This document shows positions 1 to 15,158 of a stretch of DNA of 64,000 nt, in pieces. The stretch lies in assembly GCA_951406725.2 (NCBI GenBank), contig OX597839.1, positions 7,688,001-7,752,000 on the forward strand. The letters run 5' to 3'. Numbering within the stretch: position 1 is the first letter of the stretch; the number at the start of each line of letters is the position of its first letter. The notes beneath the pieces are model-generated. The model saw only the letters and a list, made by a program, of their open reading frames with translations. It was not told where the DNA came from and did no database searches. Both the position numbers and the translations under genes were made by a program. This DNA comes from Octopus vulgaris (lineage: Eukaryota).

Positions 1-135
1 TTCTGCTGACTCTTTCGCCACAATTTTCCCTCACTCTTTCCTCCTGCATCTTGCAGCTCACCTGCGACGGTCCGGCATCCCATCCAGGTGGGGAACCTAT
101 ACGCCAAGGAAACCGGGAAACCGGCTCATTATGAC
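1..135 (+). mobile_element. SINE family C, 3' part with tail E (cut by the window edge)
   Basis: ctctttcgccacaa...ctgcgacggtccggcatcccatccag...gaaaccgggaaaccgg matches the reverse complement of 47850-47990. Confidence 0.75.
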
Positions 136-157
136 CCAGCAATAGAACCTTATTTCG

Positions 158-198
158 AACCCTTAAGATTGGTATGGATCCCAGTTGAGAACCACTGG
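158..198 (-). mobile_element. hAT/Charlie-like MITE end fragment
   Basis: The reverse complement reads CAGTGGTTCTCAACTGGGATCCATA; a similar end occurs at 47052 (cagtggttttcagtcggggtccata). Confidence 0.45.
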
Positions 199-445
199 TA
201 TAGTCGAACAAGTAGTCGAACAAACAGGACATTAACAATACACACAAACACACACACACATATATATGTATATATACATTTCTATAAATATAAAAAATAT
301 ACCTATACATATACGAATGCGTAAATACGTACGTACGTAAATATTTGTACATGTTTGAAAGGCATAGAATGAAAGATTTTCCTACTTAAATCCTGTTTTG
401 TCTGTATATGACTACCTATGCTTGTGCATATAAGTGTGAGTGTGA

Positions 446-886
446 AAGGCGACGAGCTGGCAGAAACGTTAGCACGCCTGGCGAAATGCGTAGCCGTATT
501 TCGTCTGCCGTTACGTTCTGAGTTCAAATTCCGCCGAGGTCGATTTTGCCTTTCGTCCTTTCGGAGTCGATTAATTAAGTACCAGTTACGCACTGGGGTC
601 GATATAATCGACTTAATCCGTTTGTCTGTCCCTGCTTGTCCCCTCTGTGTTTAGCCCCTTGTGGGCAGTAAAGAAATAGACGCCGGGCGAAATGCGTAGC
701 CGTATTTCGTCTGCTGTTACGTTCTGAGTTCAAATTCCGCGGAGGTCGACTTTTGCCTTTCATCCTTTCGGGGTCGATTAAATAAGTACCAGTTACGCAC
801 TGGGGTCGATATAATCGACTTAATCCGTTTGTCTGTCCTTGTCTGTCTCCTCTGTGCTTAGCCCCTTATGGGTAGTAAAGAAATAG
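446..886 (+). mobile_element. Two tandem copies of SINE family A (446-680 full length, 680-886 5'-truncated)
   Basis: Head aaggcgacgagctggcagaaacgttagcacg, B-box-like gagttcaaattc, central ggtcgactttgcctttcatcctttcggggtcgat, tail tagccccttgtgggcagtaaagaaatag; more than 10 related copies in the window. Confidence 0.9.
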
Positions 887-1374
887 ATAAGTGTGTGTGT
901 GTGTGTGAGTGTGCGTATATGTGTACATGTGCGTGTGTGTGTATATGTGTGTCTGTGTGTGTGTGTGTGCGTCTGTGCGTGCGTGTGTGTACGTGTGCCT
1001 ATATGTATTCCGCTGCGTTTGTATTTGTAATTGCGTTTGTATTTGTAATTGTGTACCATTTCTCCGTCAACGATTTGGATTACTGACAGTAAAATGGCGA
1101 ATATTCACTTGAATGCTGTCAGGTTCTGTTGTCTTCGTTGGAAATGGTTTTGCTGTTTAGTTAGAACTGAACTTCATTCGACAAATTCTATAAAAATAGA
1201 AATTCCATTACTGATGTGACCATCCCAACTTTTGTTCAGCGACATTCTATCCACAACCGCCTCAGCCAATGTGTCCTCCATATTTTCTTTTAAAGACTGT
1301 AATTGGCAGCTAATTTTAAATCGAACAGGTAGCAGCGTTCTGGTTAATTCCTCTAACACCAGCAACAAAAGCAC

Positions 1375-1496
1375 AGCAGTAGCAGTAGCAATAGTAGTAG
1401 TAGTAGTAGTATTAGTAGTAGCAGCAGCAGTAGTAGTAGTAGAAGTAGTAGTAACGATTGTGTTGTTGGTGGTGGTGGTGATATTATGGCTGTTAC

Positions 1497-1540
<44 letters not shown>

Positions 1541-1541
1541 C

Positions 1542-1585
<44 letters not shown>

Positions 1586-1600
1586 CAGCAGTAGTAGTAA

Positions 1601-1650
<50 letters not shown>

Positions 1651-1703
1651 ATAGTAACGATTGTGTTGGTGGTGCTGGTGATCTTATGGCTCTTACAGCA
1701 GCA

Positions 1704-1758
<55 letters not shown>

Positions 1759-1849
1759 TAGTAGTAACGGTTGTCTTAGTGGTGGTGGCGCTCTTATGGC
1801 TGTTACAGTATTATTATTATTATTATTAGTAGTAGTAGTAGTAGTAGTA

Positions 1850-1880
<31 letters not shown>

Positions 1881-1922
1881 TCGGGGGTGACGGTGGTGGT
1901 GGTGGTGGTGGTGGTGGTGGTT
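1375..1922. repeat. Compound trinucleotide microsatellite (GTA/GCA/TTA/GTT/GGT)
   Basis: Read directly; internal spacer gtaacgattgtgttg...ttatggctgttacagta recurs three times. Confidence 0.95.
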
Positions 1923-1939
1923 GTGTGTTTAGTGATGGT

Positions 1940-2275
1940 GGTTTTGTTACTACCAGATCCACGGTGATTGAACAGACTTATAGTCAAAGGCCCTCCAGCC
2001 GTGACCATCCTATTTGTTACCTATGTGCAAGAAACCGAGAACCACAAGATCTAATGCGTCTTTTGCAAATATGTTGCATCTCATTAGAGAGAGAGAGACA
2101 CACACAGACAGACTTAGTTACTTTATCTAGTAAGTCTAAGAATCACGTACAGACTTCATAATTGGCTCGTGCCGATGGTACTAGGAGAGGATTTGTTGTT
2201 ATTGTCATTTAAACCCCCACTCAGCCCCTGATACAGTAGACCCATGAACAAAGATCTTCCAGCTGTGACCATCTC
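1940..2275 (-). mobile_element. Two fragments of an old retroposon 3' tail (family E)
   Basis: caaaggccctccagccgtgaccatcc (1985-2010) and caaagatcttccagctgtgaccatct (2249-2273) match the reverse complement of 39868-39945 and resemble 41265-41345. Confidence 0.6.
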
Positions 2276-2463
2276 GCTAGACAGTCATTCAGCTATTTAA
2301 GATGGACGACTTTTGATTTTACGAACTCATTCGTTCCACGTTCATTTTGCTTGTGTGCGTATGTGTGTACGTATGTGTGTAAGTGTGCATGTGCCTATGC
2401 GTGTGTGTATGCCTGTGTGCATCTATGTGTATGTACATATATTCCTCTCTCTCTCTCCCCCTT

Positions 2464-2500
<37 letters not shown>

Positions 2501-3129
2501 GTAAAACACATGTAGGTGTTGTTATCCACTTTTTTCTCGCATTTCTTTGTTACAGACGGATTCCACTCACCATTTATTTCTCTCATATGGTTTCTATTTA
2601 TGTCGATCGTCTGCCCTTATATCTTTCCACTTCTGTAGAAGAACATCGTTCAATAATTCTTTTGTTCTGCTGATTATTTCATTTTCTTTTAGGTCGCTTG
2701 TTTTTTTGTTTTTTTCACTACTTGCCAAATATTTTTTCTTCAAAGTATTTCTTTTTTGTCAGGAGGGAATTCTCCACTTTTCTCCAGATTTGTTCTTTAA
2801 TTCTTTGTAGTGCTGAATTCTTTGTAATGCTGTTTGTTTTCCTTTCCGTAATATATTTTTTAAATTTCGTTTTTGGTTATCTTCTTAGTACAGCACAATT
2901 TTCTTTGAACTCTTTGCAAATTTTGATTGAATTTAACAGTAAACTCCATGTTTCACCTTTCACCTGTTGAGCAGAGACGTGGCATTGGCGTTAGATTTTC
3001 CAGTAAACACTCAGTGTCTACGACGATACTCTCAAATTTGTGTCTCACTTTTCAAAACGGTGAAGCTTACTATAAGGGATATGCTTTTCAGCCGTTTCTA
3101 CATGTTGAGGGACAATATAGCTGCTATGA

Positions 3130-3445
3130 TTTTCGTCTGCTTTTCGTAGGTAGCTCTTCAGTAGATCAGAGTTTTCAACCAGTTGGTTAATAAATGTCTA
3201 GCAGGGCGACATTAGATCGCTTTCCATGTGTTTGTTCCAAATCAGCATTCGATTCACTATTTCGTCTTTTCCAGGATAGCTGTGATCTTGGAAACCCACT
3301 CTCCTTTCCATTATGATGGAACTAACTCTTGGACAATTATCATAAATGGTCCGGTTTGCTGTATGGGATTGCAGTTTGATGTTAAATACTAATCTCAGAA
3401 GTCTTTTCTTTCTACTCTCAGAAGTAACTTGTGGTATTCTTTTTT
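3130..3445 (-). pseudogene. Decayed RTE-X-like LINE, C-terminal fragment
   Basis: Minus-strand translation with frameshifts: KRLLRLVFNIKLQSHTANRTIYDNCPRVSSIIMERRVGFQDHSYPGKDEIVNRMLIW..HGKRS.RPAR.FINQLVEN, matching the RTE-X pattern RMLR..LN.SW..H.TN..LY..LP.IS..I..RR..FAGH..R...W.P.HG.R..GRP..TY..QL. Confidence 0.7.
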
Positions 3446-3540
3446 TCTTAAAAATCTCAATAATTGGTTGAATAATTGGTTGTTCTAGAGAATGTTTAAG
3501 AAATCATAAAAAAATTAAGAGTTTGTTTTCAAATTTGAGA

Positions 3541-4099
3541 TTACATAGAAAGTATTTTGCGTAGGATAGAGCAGTTCCCATGAACACTATCTTTCGAATT
3601 TCTGCCATTTTAGGATTTCCTGTTATCTGAGCTAGGTAGCAACCAGCCCCTTTTTCTATTATTCCCAGGGCACTTATGACAACAGGTATTGTTTTTAGTC
3701 TTCAGGTTCCACATTTTGCCAATTTCTATTTCAAGTTCTTTATATTTGCTCAGTTTTTGGTAGGTCTTAACATATATTATTATATCGATTGGGACTGTTA
3801 TATCAATGAGGAGGCATGATTTTTGTTTGAAGCCTTTCAAAATAATGTCTGGCCTATTTGCATCTATCTTTCTCTCAGTTTGATTGGTGAAGTTCAAGAG
3901 GAGTGAGATGTGATCATTTTCAAGCTCTGGAGGTGGTTTGTGTTCCCACCAGTTTTTATCATTGGGCAGGTCCAGATTTTTGAAAATTACCCAGTGAATA
4001 TATTGTGCAGCTCTATCACGCCTGTTGAGATCCTCTGTAGGCGCAAGAAGACTGCACTTGGAGACATGATCAATGGTTTCATTTTGTTGTTGACATACA
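3541..4099 (-). pseudogene. Dong/R4-type RLE non-LTR retrotransposon fragment (CCHC knuckle plus restriction-like endonuclease)
   Basis: CQQQNETIDHV.KCSLL...AAQYIHW...RKIDANRPDIILKGFKQKSCLLIDITVP...KLSKYKELEIEIGKMWNLKT...EIRKIVFMGTA..LRKILSM*; frameshifted. Confidence 0.88.
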
Positions 4100-4117
4100 T
4101 ATTATTATTTTTATAAG

Positions 4118-4137
4118 TATTATTATTATTATTATCA

Positions 4138-4168
<31 letters not shown>

Positions 4169-4170
4169 TA

Positions 4171-4226
<56 letters not shown>

Positions 4227-4600
4227 TAGTTTTATTTTTATTTTTATTTTTATAGCGTGCTTTCACTTCACTACCGAGCGCAGCTCTGTGTGCCTTGGGT
4301 ATGTGCTGTGATTTGTTGTGATGCTCTGATGGTTATTGTATGGAAAGTGTTCTGCGTAGGATGTGGGCAGTGCCTAGTAGTGCAATTTTCTGTATGTTAT
4401 ATGTGTTTGTAAGTCCTGGTGTTTTTGTTATGTATTTGTCTGAATATTTTTTTATCATGCCTAATGCACCTACTATGATAGGAATTGTTTCTGTTTTCAG
4501 ATTCCACATTCTAGTTACCTCTATTTCCAGGTCTTTGTATTTTGAGAGTTTCTCCATTTCTTTTAGAGACACGTTGTCATCTGCCGGTATTGATACATCA
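4118..4600 (-). mobile_element. Second Dong/R4-type LINE 3' end with 3' UTR and (AAT)n tail
   Basis: DVSIPADDNVSLKEMEKLSKYKDLEIEVTRMWNLKTETIPIIVGALGMIKK...IQKIALLGTAHILRRTLSIQ* (4333-4599), UTR 4224-4332, (AAT)n 4118-4223. Confidence 0.9.
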
Positions 4601-4617
4601 TATTATTATTATTATTA

Positions 4618-4659
<42 letters not shown>

Positions 4660-4773
4660 TTATGATTATTATTATTATTATCATTAATAATATTATTATT
4701 ATTATTATTATTTTTATTAGTATTGTTATTATTATTATCATTATTATTATTATTATTGTTATTATTATTATTA

Positions 4774-4808
<35 letters not shown>

Positions 4809-4882
4809 GCCGTTGTTGCTGTTGCTGTTTTTGTTGTTGTTGCTCTGTTGATTTTGCTGCTGCTGCTGCTGCTGCTGCTGCT
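4601..4882. repeat. (ATT)n then (GTT/GCT)n microsatellite
   Basis: Read directly. Confidence 0.95.
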
Positions 4883-5431
4883 ACAGCCGTTGCAGTTGAT
4901 ATTTTTCTTGTTACGATTATTATTAATATCGCTGTTATTACGACCACTAACACAAATAACAACAACAATAACCACCACCGGGCTTTTTCGCTCCAACCCC
5001 AAACCGGCAACCATTTAACCGCGTTTTATATGTATGTATGTATGTATGTATGCACGCATGTATACGGTGCTCTCACCGTGTGCTTGAGTGTGTCTCTGCA
5101 TGCGTTCCTGCGTGTGCCAGCGCTTATGTGTACAGACCAATCCTGATAAACGACTGCTAACTGAAATGTTTGATACGAGATTAACCATGAAAATCCCTGA
5201 AACTACCATCCCCAAACGCCTCACTTCCCCACCTGTTCCCATTAAACATTTCGAATATAATCACCATTGCGCAAGCGCCTAATTCTGTTTGAAGTTTATA
5301 CACCTGGGATTTGTTATTTAATACCTTGCATTCTATTAATTCTACATATTAATATTATTATTAATAATACTAACACCCGGAACATAACATTCGGGATAAG
5401 ATATATATGGGCTTAGGCATATATTATACAT

Positions 5432-5487
<56 letters not shown>

Positions 5488-5698
5488 TTATTTATTTATG
5501 TATACGTATGTATATGTATATATATACATGCATATATAACCATATATGTATATCTATGTACGCTTGTGTATGTGTGTGCTTGTCAGTGCATGTGGACTTC
5601 CAGGGATATTTATACTGTTGTCAACGTGCATGTACACACGTTCAAACAAGTACACGAAACACTAGGTGTGTGCCTTTGTACATATACATACATAAATG

Positions 5699-5782
<84 letters not shown>

Positions 5783-6019
5783 CAAACATGCACACGCACA
5801 TACACGCACACCTACGAACATAGAGAAGAGTGAGTGTTTCTGTGTGTGTGCGTGTGGGGGATACATTCGTTAGTGTAAGTGCGCATGCGTGTTTTGTGCC
5901 GCTATTTATCATACTCAATCGTTCTCTGTCTCTCTCTCTCTCTCTCTAATAAAGTTATCGGTTCGTTATTTCGGGTGTTGAGTTTAATAGAGGATCATAT
6001 CGGAAGACATCACAGCCTA

Positions 6020-7436
<1,417 letters not shown>

Positions 7437-7591
7437 GGAACGAGAATAAGGGCATGGACAAAAAACAAAAACAAAAGGGGTAAAAGCAAAAGTGTTTAAG
7501 CTGCCCAGGCAATATATTAATGTCAGTTATACACGATAGAGGATTTCAAATAATAAAGTTAATGGAGTAATATTTATCAGCAGCGTGTGTG

Positions 7592-7952
<361 letters not shown>

Positions 7953-8199
7953 CATTTGGGGGCAGTTTTCCGAACCGCTTGTGCTAAATCCACAGGTTAC
8001 ATTCTCACAGCGAGTGTAGTACATATATGTTTATTAATTCTGTTATAAACGATTTCCGTGTACACAGTTGTTTATAATCAGTGTCGGTCTTCTTGTTATT
8101 AAATCATGGCCGCCAACCAACGCTCACGCATAAATACGCCGCACATACATACGCACATATATATATATATATATATCGATTACTACTTATCCAATACTT

Positions 8200-8870
8200 A
8201 ATTATCTCGACACACCAGTTTACATCGCTATACATAGACATATGTCAGACACTGTGATACATACAGATGTGAACATACGAAACCATTAAAGACAGATCTA
8301 GTTAGTAACATTCAGTTAACAAAAGAACTGCACACAAAAACCTTCCATTAATCTACAAAGCACAGAGCAACAGTCAAAATCACTTCGACCATATTCATAC
8401 AAGCAAAGCGAAAAATATCTCTAAGAAAACAACCGTCACACAACAAAAGAGTACTAGCCCATAATATATAGCCGACCAACAACAACAATATGTCAGACTT
8501 CTTTAACTTGAAGCCAACATTTTTTAACTAGCTTAAATATACTCAATACAGTGGTGTTTAACACCACGAAATCATATTTTACGTTTAAAGATCACAAAAC
8601 AAATTTCTGAAGCATACCATCTGCAAATGTCATGTACCTCACTTAATGTCAAATAGTTTACAGGTAATATCACCTCAGATATACATTCATGCTTCTGCCT
8701 TACAACTGGGAAACGGTAATAAAACTCTCCAGACATTCCACAACTTCTAAACTCAAAGCAGAATGAAATTCTACCACAAACCAACACACCTATACTCAAA
8801 GCAGAATTAAATTTCACCACAGACCATATCCCTCTGCAAATCTGAAATCAAAATAATCACGTATTTTTGA
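8200..8870 (+). pseudogene. Highly decayed, internally deleted Penelope-like element fragment
   Basis: SYFTFKDHKTNF at about 8572-8607 (compare the PLE RT motif F.TLKDHK.NF), then ICKCHV and SLCKSEIKII resembling the start and the CxLCxxE end of the GIY-YIG domain; many stops. Confidence 0.45.
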
Positions 8871-9112
8871 TAGTCGATATTTTATGTTAAGTTTTGCCCG
8901 TTGAAGAATTATGGCAATTTTTCCTTTGGTGACATTTTGTGAGCGAGAGATTCAGATATAAGAGTTAACTTGCATTTCCATATTATACCTAATAAAAATT
9001 AGATTCATTTTCTCGAAATGCAGTTTCTCCCATAACGATGGCTTCCTCTGGTTACACAACAAAATGCCTGATTCAGGAATGATTTCTCAAAGGCATCGTC
9101 ATGAAATATCGT

Positions 9113-9272
9113 AGGCGTGGTTGTGTGGTAAAAAGAATTGCTTCTCAAGCACATGGTTCTGGGTTCAGTCGCACTCCGTAGCAACTTGGGCAAATGTCTT
9201 CTAGAAAAGCTTTGGCCCAACCAAAGCCTTATGACTGGATCTAGTAGACAGAAAGCGAAAGAAGTACGTCGT
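9113..9272 (+). mobile_element. SINE family B, decayed 5' half
   Basis: ggcgtggttgtgtggtaa...ggttcagtcgcact...ttgggcaaatgtcttct. Confidence 0.75.
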
Positions 9273-9280
9273 TTAAATAT

Positions 9281-9343
<63 letters not shown>

Positions 9344-9348
<5 letters not shown>

Positions 9349-9624
9349 CTATCTTCAGCCGCAAACATTATTAGCCATTTGTGTTCTGTTTTGAATTTAT
9401 GTTTGAGATATATATATGTATATATATATATATATGAGGCGAGCAGAAACGTTAGCACGCCTGGCGAAATACTTAGCGATATTTCATCTGTCTTTATATT
9501 CTGAGTTCAAATTCCGCCGAGGTTGCTTTTGCCTTTCATCCTTTCGGGGTGATAAATTAAATGAGATACTTACTCATACCCATGGAAGAAGCAAACACTA
9601 AGTCATGAGCACGATTTATCCTTC

Positions 9625-9659
<35 letters not shown>

Positions 9660-9717
9660 CTCTCTTCAGCCGCAAACATTGTTACCCTTTGTGTTCTGTT
9701 TTTTGTTTGTTTGAGAT
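9344..9717. repeat. Two copies of a 65-bp element with a tgcggct/agccgca hairpin (9344-9408, 9655-9717) flanking a SINE A fragment (9437-9565)
   Basis: tgcggct(a/c)tcttcagccgcaaacatt...tttgtgttctgtttt...tttgagata in both copies, each embedded in (TA)n. Confidence 0.8.
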
Positions 9718-9726
9718 ATATATATA

Positions 9727-9771
<45 letters not shown>

Positions 9772-9884
9772 TTACTGAATTTACTTGTTTCAGTCGCTAG
9801 ACTGCGGCCCTGCTGGAGCATCACCTTGAAATATGTACATACTTATATGTATGTATGTATTTAAGAATATAGATATGAAAGCAC

Positions 9885-10080
9885 TGAGCAGGCAATATGA
9901 GCAGCATGCCGAACTCAATACTTAGCGGCATTTTCTCCGTCCTTACGTTCTGAGTTACAATACCGCGGAGGTTGATTTTGCCGTTCATCCTTTCGGATTC
10001 GATAAAATGCATACCTGTTGATCACTGGGATCGATCTAATTAATTTAAATATACCCCGAAATTGGTAGCCTTCGGCCAAA
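9885..10080 (+). mobile_element. SINE family A, decayed
   Basis: cttagcggcatttt...ttacgttctgagtt...ttcatcctttcggattcgataaaat. Confidence 0.7.
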
Positions 10081-10161
10081 ATACGAAGCCATCGTGTACA
10101 TCTGAATGTTTTTGTATATGTATGTGTGTATGTATGTGTATGGACATATGTGTGCGCGCGT

Positions 10162-10248
<87 letters not shown>

Positions 10249-10394
10249 GTACTGGGGTCAATTCGTTTGATTAAAAAAACAACATGGCTGCAGTCCTATG
10301 ACTTAAATAAGTAAACGATAAAAGACATGTTAGTGTGAGAGCGGGTGTATATTTGCATGCATGTATGTTCATATGTATGCATCATTGAATATAT

Positions 10395-10419
10395 TTATGA
10401 TATATATATATAATATATA

Positions 10420-10469
<50 letters not shown>

Positions 10470-10493
10470 TATATATATATATATATATATTTA

Positions 10494-10575
<82 letters not shown>

Positions 10576-10665
10576 GATATATATATATAATATAATATAT
10601 ATATAATATATATATATATAATATATATATATATAATTTATGATATATATATATAATATATATAC

Positions 10666-10742
<77 letters not shown>

Positions 10743-10761
10743 TATATATTAATATAATATA

Positions 10762-10827
<66 letters not shown>

Positions 10828-10836
10828 TATAGATAT
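10395..10836. repeat. (TA)n microsatellite
   Basis: Read directly. Confidence 0.95.
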
Positions 10837-11159
10837 ATGTGTGTGTGTATGTGCTTTCTTTGTGTAGAGAATTCGCCGTTATTTCAATATAGATACGTTT
10901 ATCTGTGAAATTGCGATAGTCTTTGAATTGAAATTTTGTCTCCATCAATTAAGTTAAATAGATTGAAACATTTGACATCAACTGTACAAAAGCTATTTAA
11001 AACTAACTTGAGATAATTCGTCAAAAATTAAAACATACAGACACCTCGAATTAGTTATGATGACTCACGTAACTGTATACATAAATACAAAGACACATAA
11101 ATATATATATATATATATGTGTGTATGTATGTGCGTAAATATAAGTTTATGTATACGTC

Positions 11160-11214
<55 letters not shown>

Positions 11215-11941
11215 GCATGTGTGAGGCAGAGACCATCAAGTAGTTCTTATATTAAGTAGCAAATTTCACTTCATATCGAATTGTCGATGTGTACGTCATT
11301 TAGTTCAACATTCGCTCAGTTAGTTACATATAGATAACTATACATACTCATACATACACATAAGCACACGCACGCTCACAAACACACATACATATATATA
11401 TACACGCACAGATATATATATATATTCATATACATATACATATACACCCAAACACCAGTACCTGTCTAACCGCAATTATAGAACAAGTCTGACTTTCTGT
11501 TTTCAATTTGTTTCACTTAAGATCGTCATTATTTATAAAAATTTACAATTCTCATTTTCAAAGAAAAGAAAAAAATAAATATAGATAAATCTTGGTTTTA
11601 TGTTTTTCGGGGTTTTTTTTCTTGTTTTTTTTTTTTTTTCCGTGCGGTGTTGGAAAATAACAATTCATTAAAATTATACGAGTTTACGATTCTTTATAAA
11701 ATCATGTCAGTGAGTGTGTATGTTTGTGTGGCGTGTCTTTGTGTGTACGTTTGTGTGTTTGTGTGTTTGTGCGTGTACTCAGCGAAAAAGAAAGAAAGAA
11801 AGAAAGAAATAATGACAGAATGTATGAATAAAAGAAAGAAAGAACGAAAGAAAGAAAGAACGAAAATAAAAGCGCTTGACTATATATATTCTTTCACATT
11901 TTGGCATATTTTTCGAACGTACATGTGCTTGAAAATTTTAC

Positions 11942-11979
<38 letters not shown>

Positions 11980-12138
11980 ATGTGTGTGTGTGTGTCTGAG
12001 TAGTGCATGTGTGTGTGTGTGTCTGAGTAGATGTGTGTATGTGTGTGTGTTTGTGCTTGTATGTATAGATACATATTGATATATATATATATACACATAT
12101 ATATGTATATATACATATAGATACATACATATATATAA

Positions 12139-12187
<49 letters not shown>

Positions 12188-12323
12188 CATACATAAACAT
12201 ACATACAAACCTGAGTATGCGTTCGTAATTATATACGTATATACAAAGTTATTTTATATCTTTAATAAATTCTACATAATTATACAAACGTTATATCTGT
12301 ACCTGTACGTGCTAATATATACA

Positions 12324-12387
<64 letters not shown>

Positions 12388-13422
12388 GATGCACACATAT
12401 ATACACATTTATGACTAGTCTATGTACATATATGTATATGCATATATATATGTATACACACACACACATACACACGCACACATAATATCGTATCATACAG
12501 TTAATAAAATGTTATTCGTTCTAGCTCCTGCTTGGATTATATTTATACAGTTTTTAATTTTCTTTTTGTTTTTTTTTTGTCTTTTTGTTTTTGCTATTGT
12601 TATTTATTATTGTCTTTTTAAGTAAAAAATTTAAAAACCTCTCAAATTTCTCTTTGATCTTTGATGCATTAAAAAACATTCTTAAAATACATTTTCACAT
12701 ATTGATTGATATATTTATTAATTATATGTATAATATATATACCTAAATATATATATAAATATATATACAGACACACATAGATATTCACACACATACACAC
12801 GCACACACATACATATATATTTACATACGCATATATATATATTGACATATACATATATATATATATGTATGCGAATATATAGACGTATTAGCATTTGAAA
12901 TATTTTTGCCATCATTTTTGATTTTTATGTCACGTTTTTTAGTTCTGTCATAAAAGTGCTTATATCAAACTTAATAATAATATACTACAAAACGTGATAC
13001 CGCAAAAAACATATCTGATAAGTACTAATTAGAACCTACTTCTGAAAAGTGCATTTATGTATGTATTATATATTTTTTTCTGCTTTCATTTTTAATATAC
13101 AAACGGTACATTCTTTGCTTTTAGATTATACGTTCTAACATTCTTGTCAGTCACAGCAACAGTGTATGGAATGTCCATTATTGGTTTCGAAAAGAATCTG
13201 CATAGGAAATTTTCATCAAAATATTGTTCCTTGTTTTTTGCACAAAGAAATCTGATGTTATCTAACATACACAAAGGTGTGAGTATACACATGGTTAAAT
13301 ACACAGCGACATGCATATGTTGATACAAGCACGTTAAGTAAAGAACGTCGAAGCTGATGCAAATATACACAAATAGCTTATACAGATCGATGTTTCAACG
13401 TGTTGCGTGAAATATAAAGATA

Positions 13423-13584
13423 GGCGTGGTAGTGGCTGGCTGGTAAGTAGCTTACTTGCGAACAACATGGTTCCGGGTTCAGTCCCACTGCGTGAAACCT
13501 TGGGCAAGTCTCCCCACTATAGCCTCGGGCCGACCAAAGACTTGTGAATGGATCTGGTAGACGCAAACTGAAAGAAGCCTGTCG

Positions 13585-13647
<63 letters not shown>

Positions 13648-13861
13648 CTGTGTTTGTCCCCCCAACATCGCTTGACAACCGATGCTGGTGTGTTTACGTC
13701 CCGGTAACTTATCGGTTCTGCAAAAGAGACCGATAGAATAAGTAGTGGCTTACAAACAATAAGTCCTGGTGTCGATTTGATCGACTAAAGTCGGTGCTCC
13801 AGCATGGCCACAGTCAAACGACTGAAACAAATAAAAAAGTAAAGAGTAAAAGAGTAAAAGA
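13423..13861 (+). mobile_element. SINE family B, full length, with internal (TA)n(TG)n
   Basis: tRNA-like head with B box ggttcagtccc, CORE-like accttgggcaagt, 3' (gtaaaaga)n tail. Confidence 0.9.
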
Positions 13862-14385
13862 CTAACATACAAACGCAAACAGAGATTATTCGCTTGAAAA
13901 ATAAATAGGATTTAATATATATATATGTATAAATGTCTGTGCAAGCGGGTGTAAATATAAAATTCGCTTTTGGAACAGGATCTCAAAGTACATAAGAAAT
14001 AGCATGCCAATGTGGGATTGAAAAATAACTTTAGATAAAATAAAATAATACGTCATCGGCTGTGTGCAAGTGCAGAACTTCCAAACATTACTTTAATCCC
14101 AAGGCAGAATACCTGTCATGTGTACAGGATACGCGGGTTCGAATCGTGACGAGCAGCCATCAAATTATTCAAACCAAAAGGGTTTTCGACCCAGTTTTTA
14201 CATACTATTACTTATCGCTTTATGTGTGCTTCGAGGGTCATAATTCCCAAGAAAGATTATTTCACGTTCATTCGAAAGCTTATGAAATTAATGGTGTAAA
14301 ATAATGTAATCTTCTCTTCAAGGAAATGAACACACATACACACACATATATTATTGAAATTTACAGGAAAACAAACGACAAAGAC

Positions 14386-14429
<44 letters not shown>

Positions 14430-14432
<3 letters not shown>

Positions 14433-14990
14433 AATTGAGATAGGGGTTGTAAATGCAACCCACCATGGGATACCATATATCCAATATACTGCTAGTGAGG
14501 TACCCAACAAAGTTAATACATAAATGTTAAGAATTGCGATACAATTGATTCATTTATTGTATTATATGGGCAAAGGTAAAATGTTTTACCACAAATTCAT
14601 AATACAAAATAAGAAAATGGAGAAATACATCTAAATCAAATATCAATTACCAGATAATACTCAATCACATACTTTATTAAACCACTACATAAGAAACTAT
14701 AGGGTTAAACATAATAATGCAGGGTAAAACAGTGTACATGAAGGAGTGTACATAAAATACTAACGTTATACAATAAGTAGAATACGTATAATAGAACATA
14801 AATATAAGTACACATAAATATATATAGTTATTACTTTAAAAATTCTTAGATTCACCCCATCAACTAAGAATTTCGTAGGCGAGACAAAGGAATTCCTCAT
14901 GTTCAGTTGGCCTAATGCATGACGAACACTCGGCTGCCTGTGCCTGAAGAGCCAGATTCTTCTAACGGCCTACGAATCTCTAAGTTGCAT
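14430..14990 (-). mobile_element. AT-rich non-coding element related to the ribozyme-bearing element at 56370-57080
   Basis: 14600-14680 is similar to the reverse complement of 57000-57080; a long hairpin lies at 14861-14986; abuts (TA)n. Confidence 0.55.
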
Positions 14991-15158
14991 GGAGCACAGC
15001 CAATTTTTTTCAATTAATAAGAATATATGTAATTCCTCTAAAAAGTGTTGGGTGTCAACTTCCTCTGTATTTTCACCACATATATATAAACACACACGCA
15101 TATATATATATATATGCATATATATAAACACATTCACACACACGCTCCTATATATGTG

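Noticed and set aside
5137-5282. TNPDKRLLTEMFDTR after tgtacag resembles the N-terminus of Cys-loop (nAChR-like) receptors
   Set aside because: The following Y..xxRP motif is absent, no donor site is evident, and no other receptor exons are visible.
13092-13265. Possible terminal exon on the minus strand (NIRFLCAKNKEQYFDENF...)
   Set aside because: The acceptor is weak and I recognise no homology.
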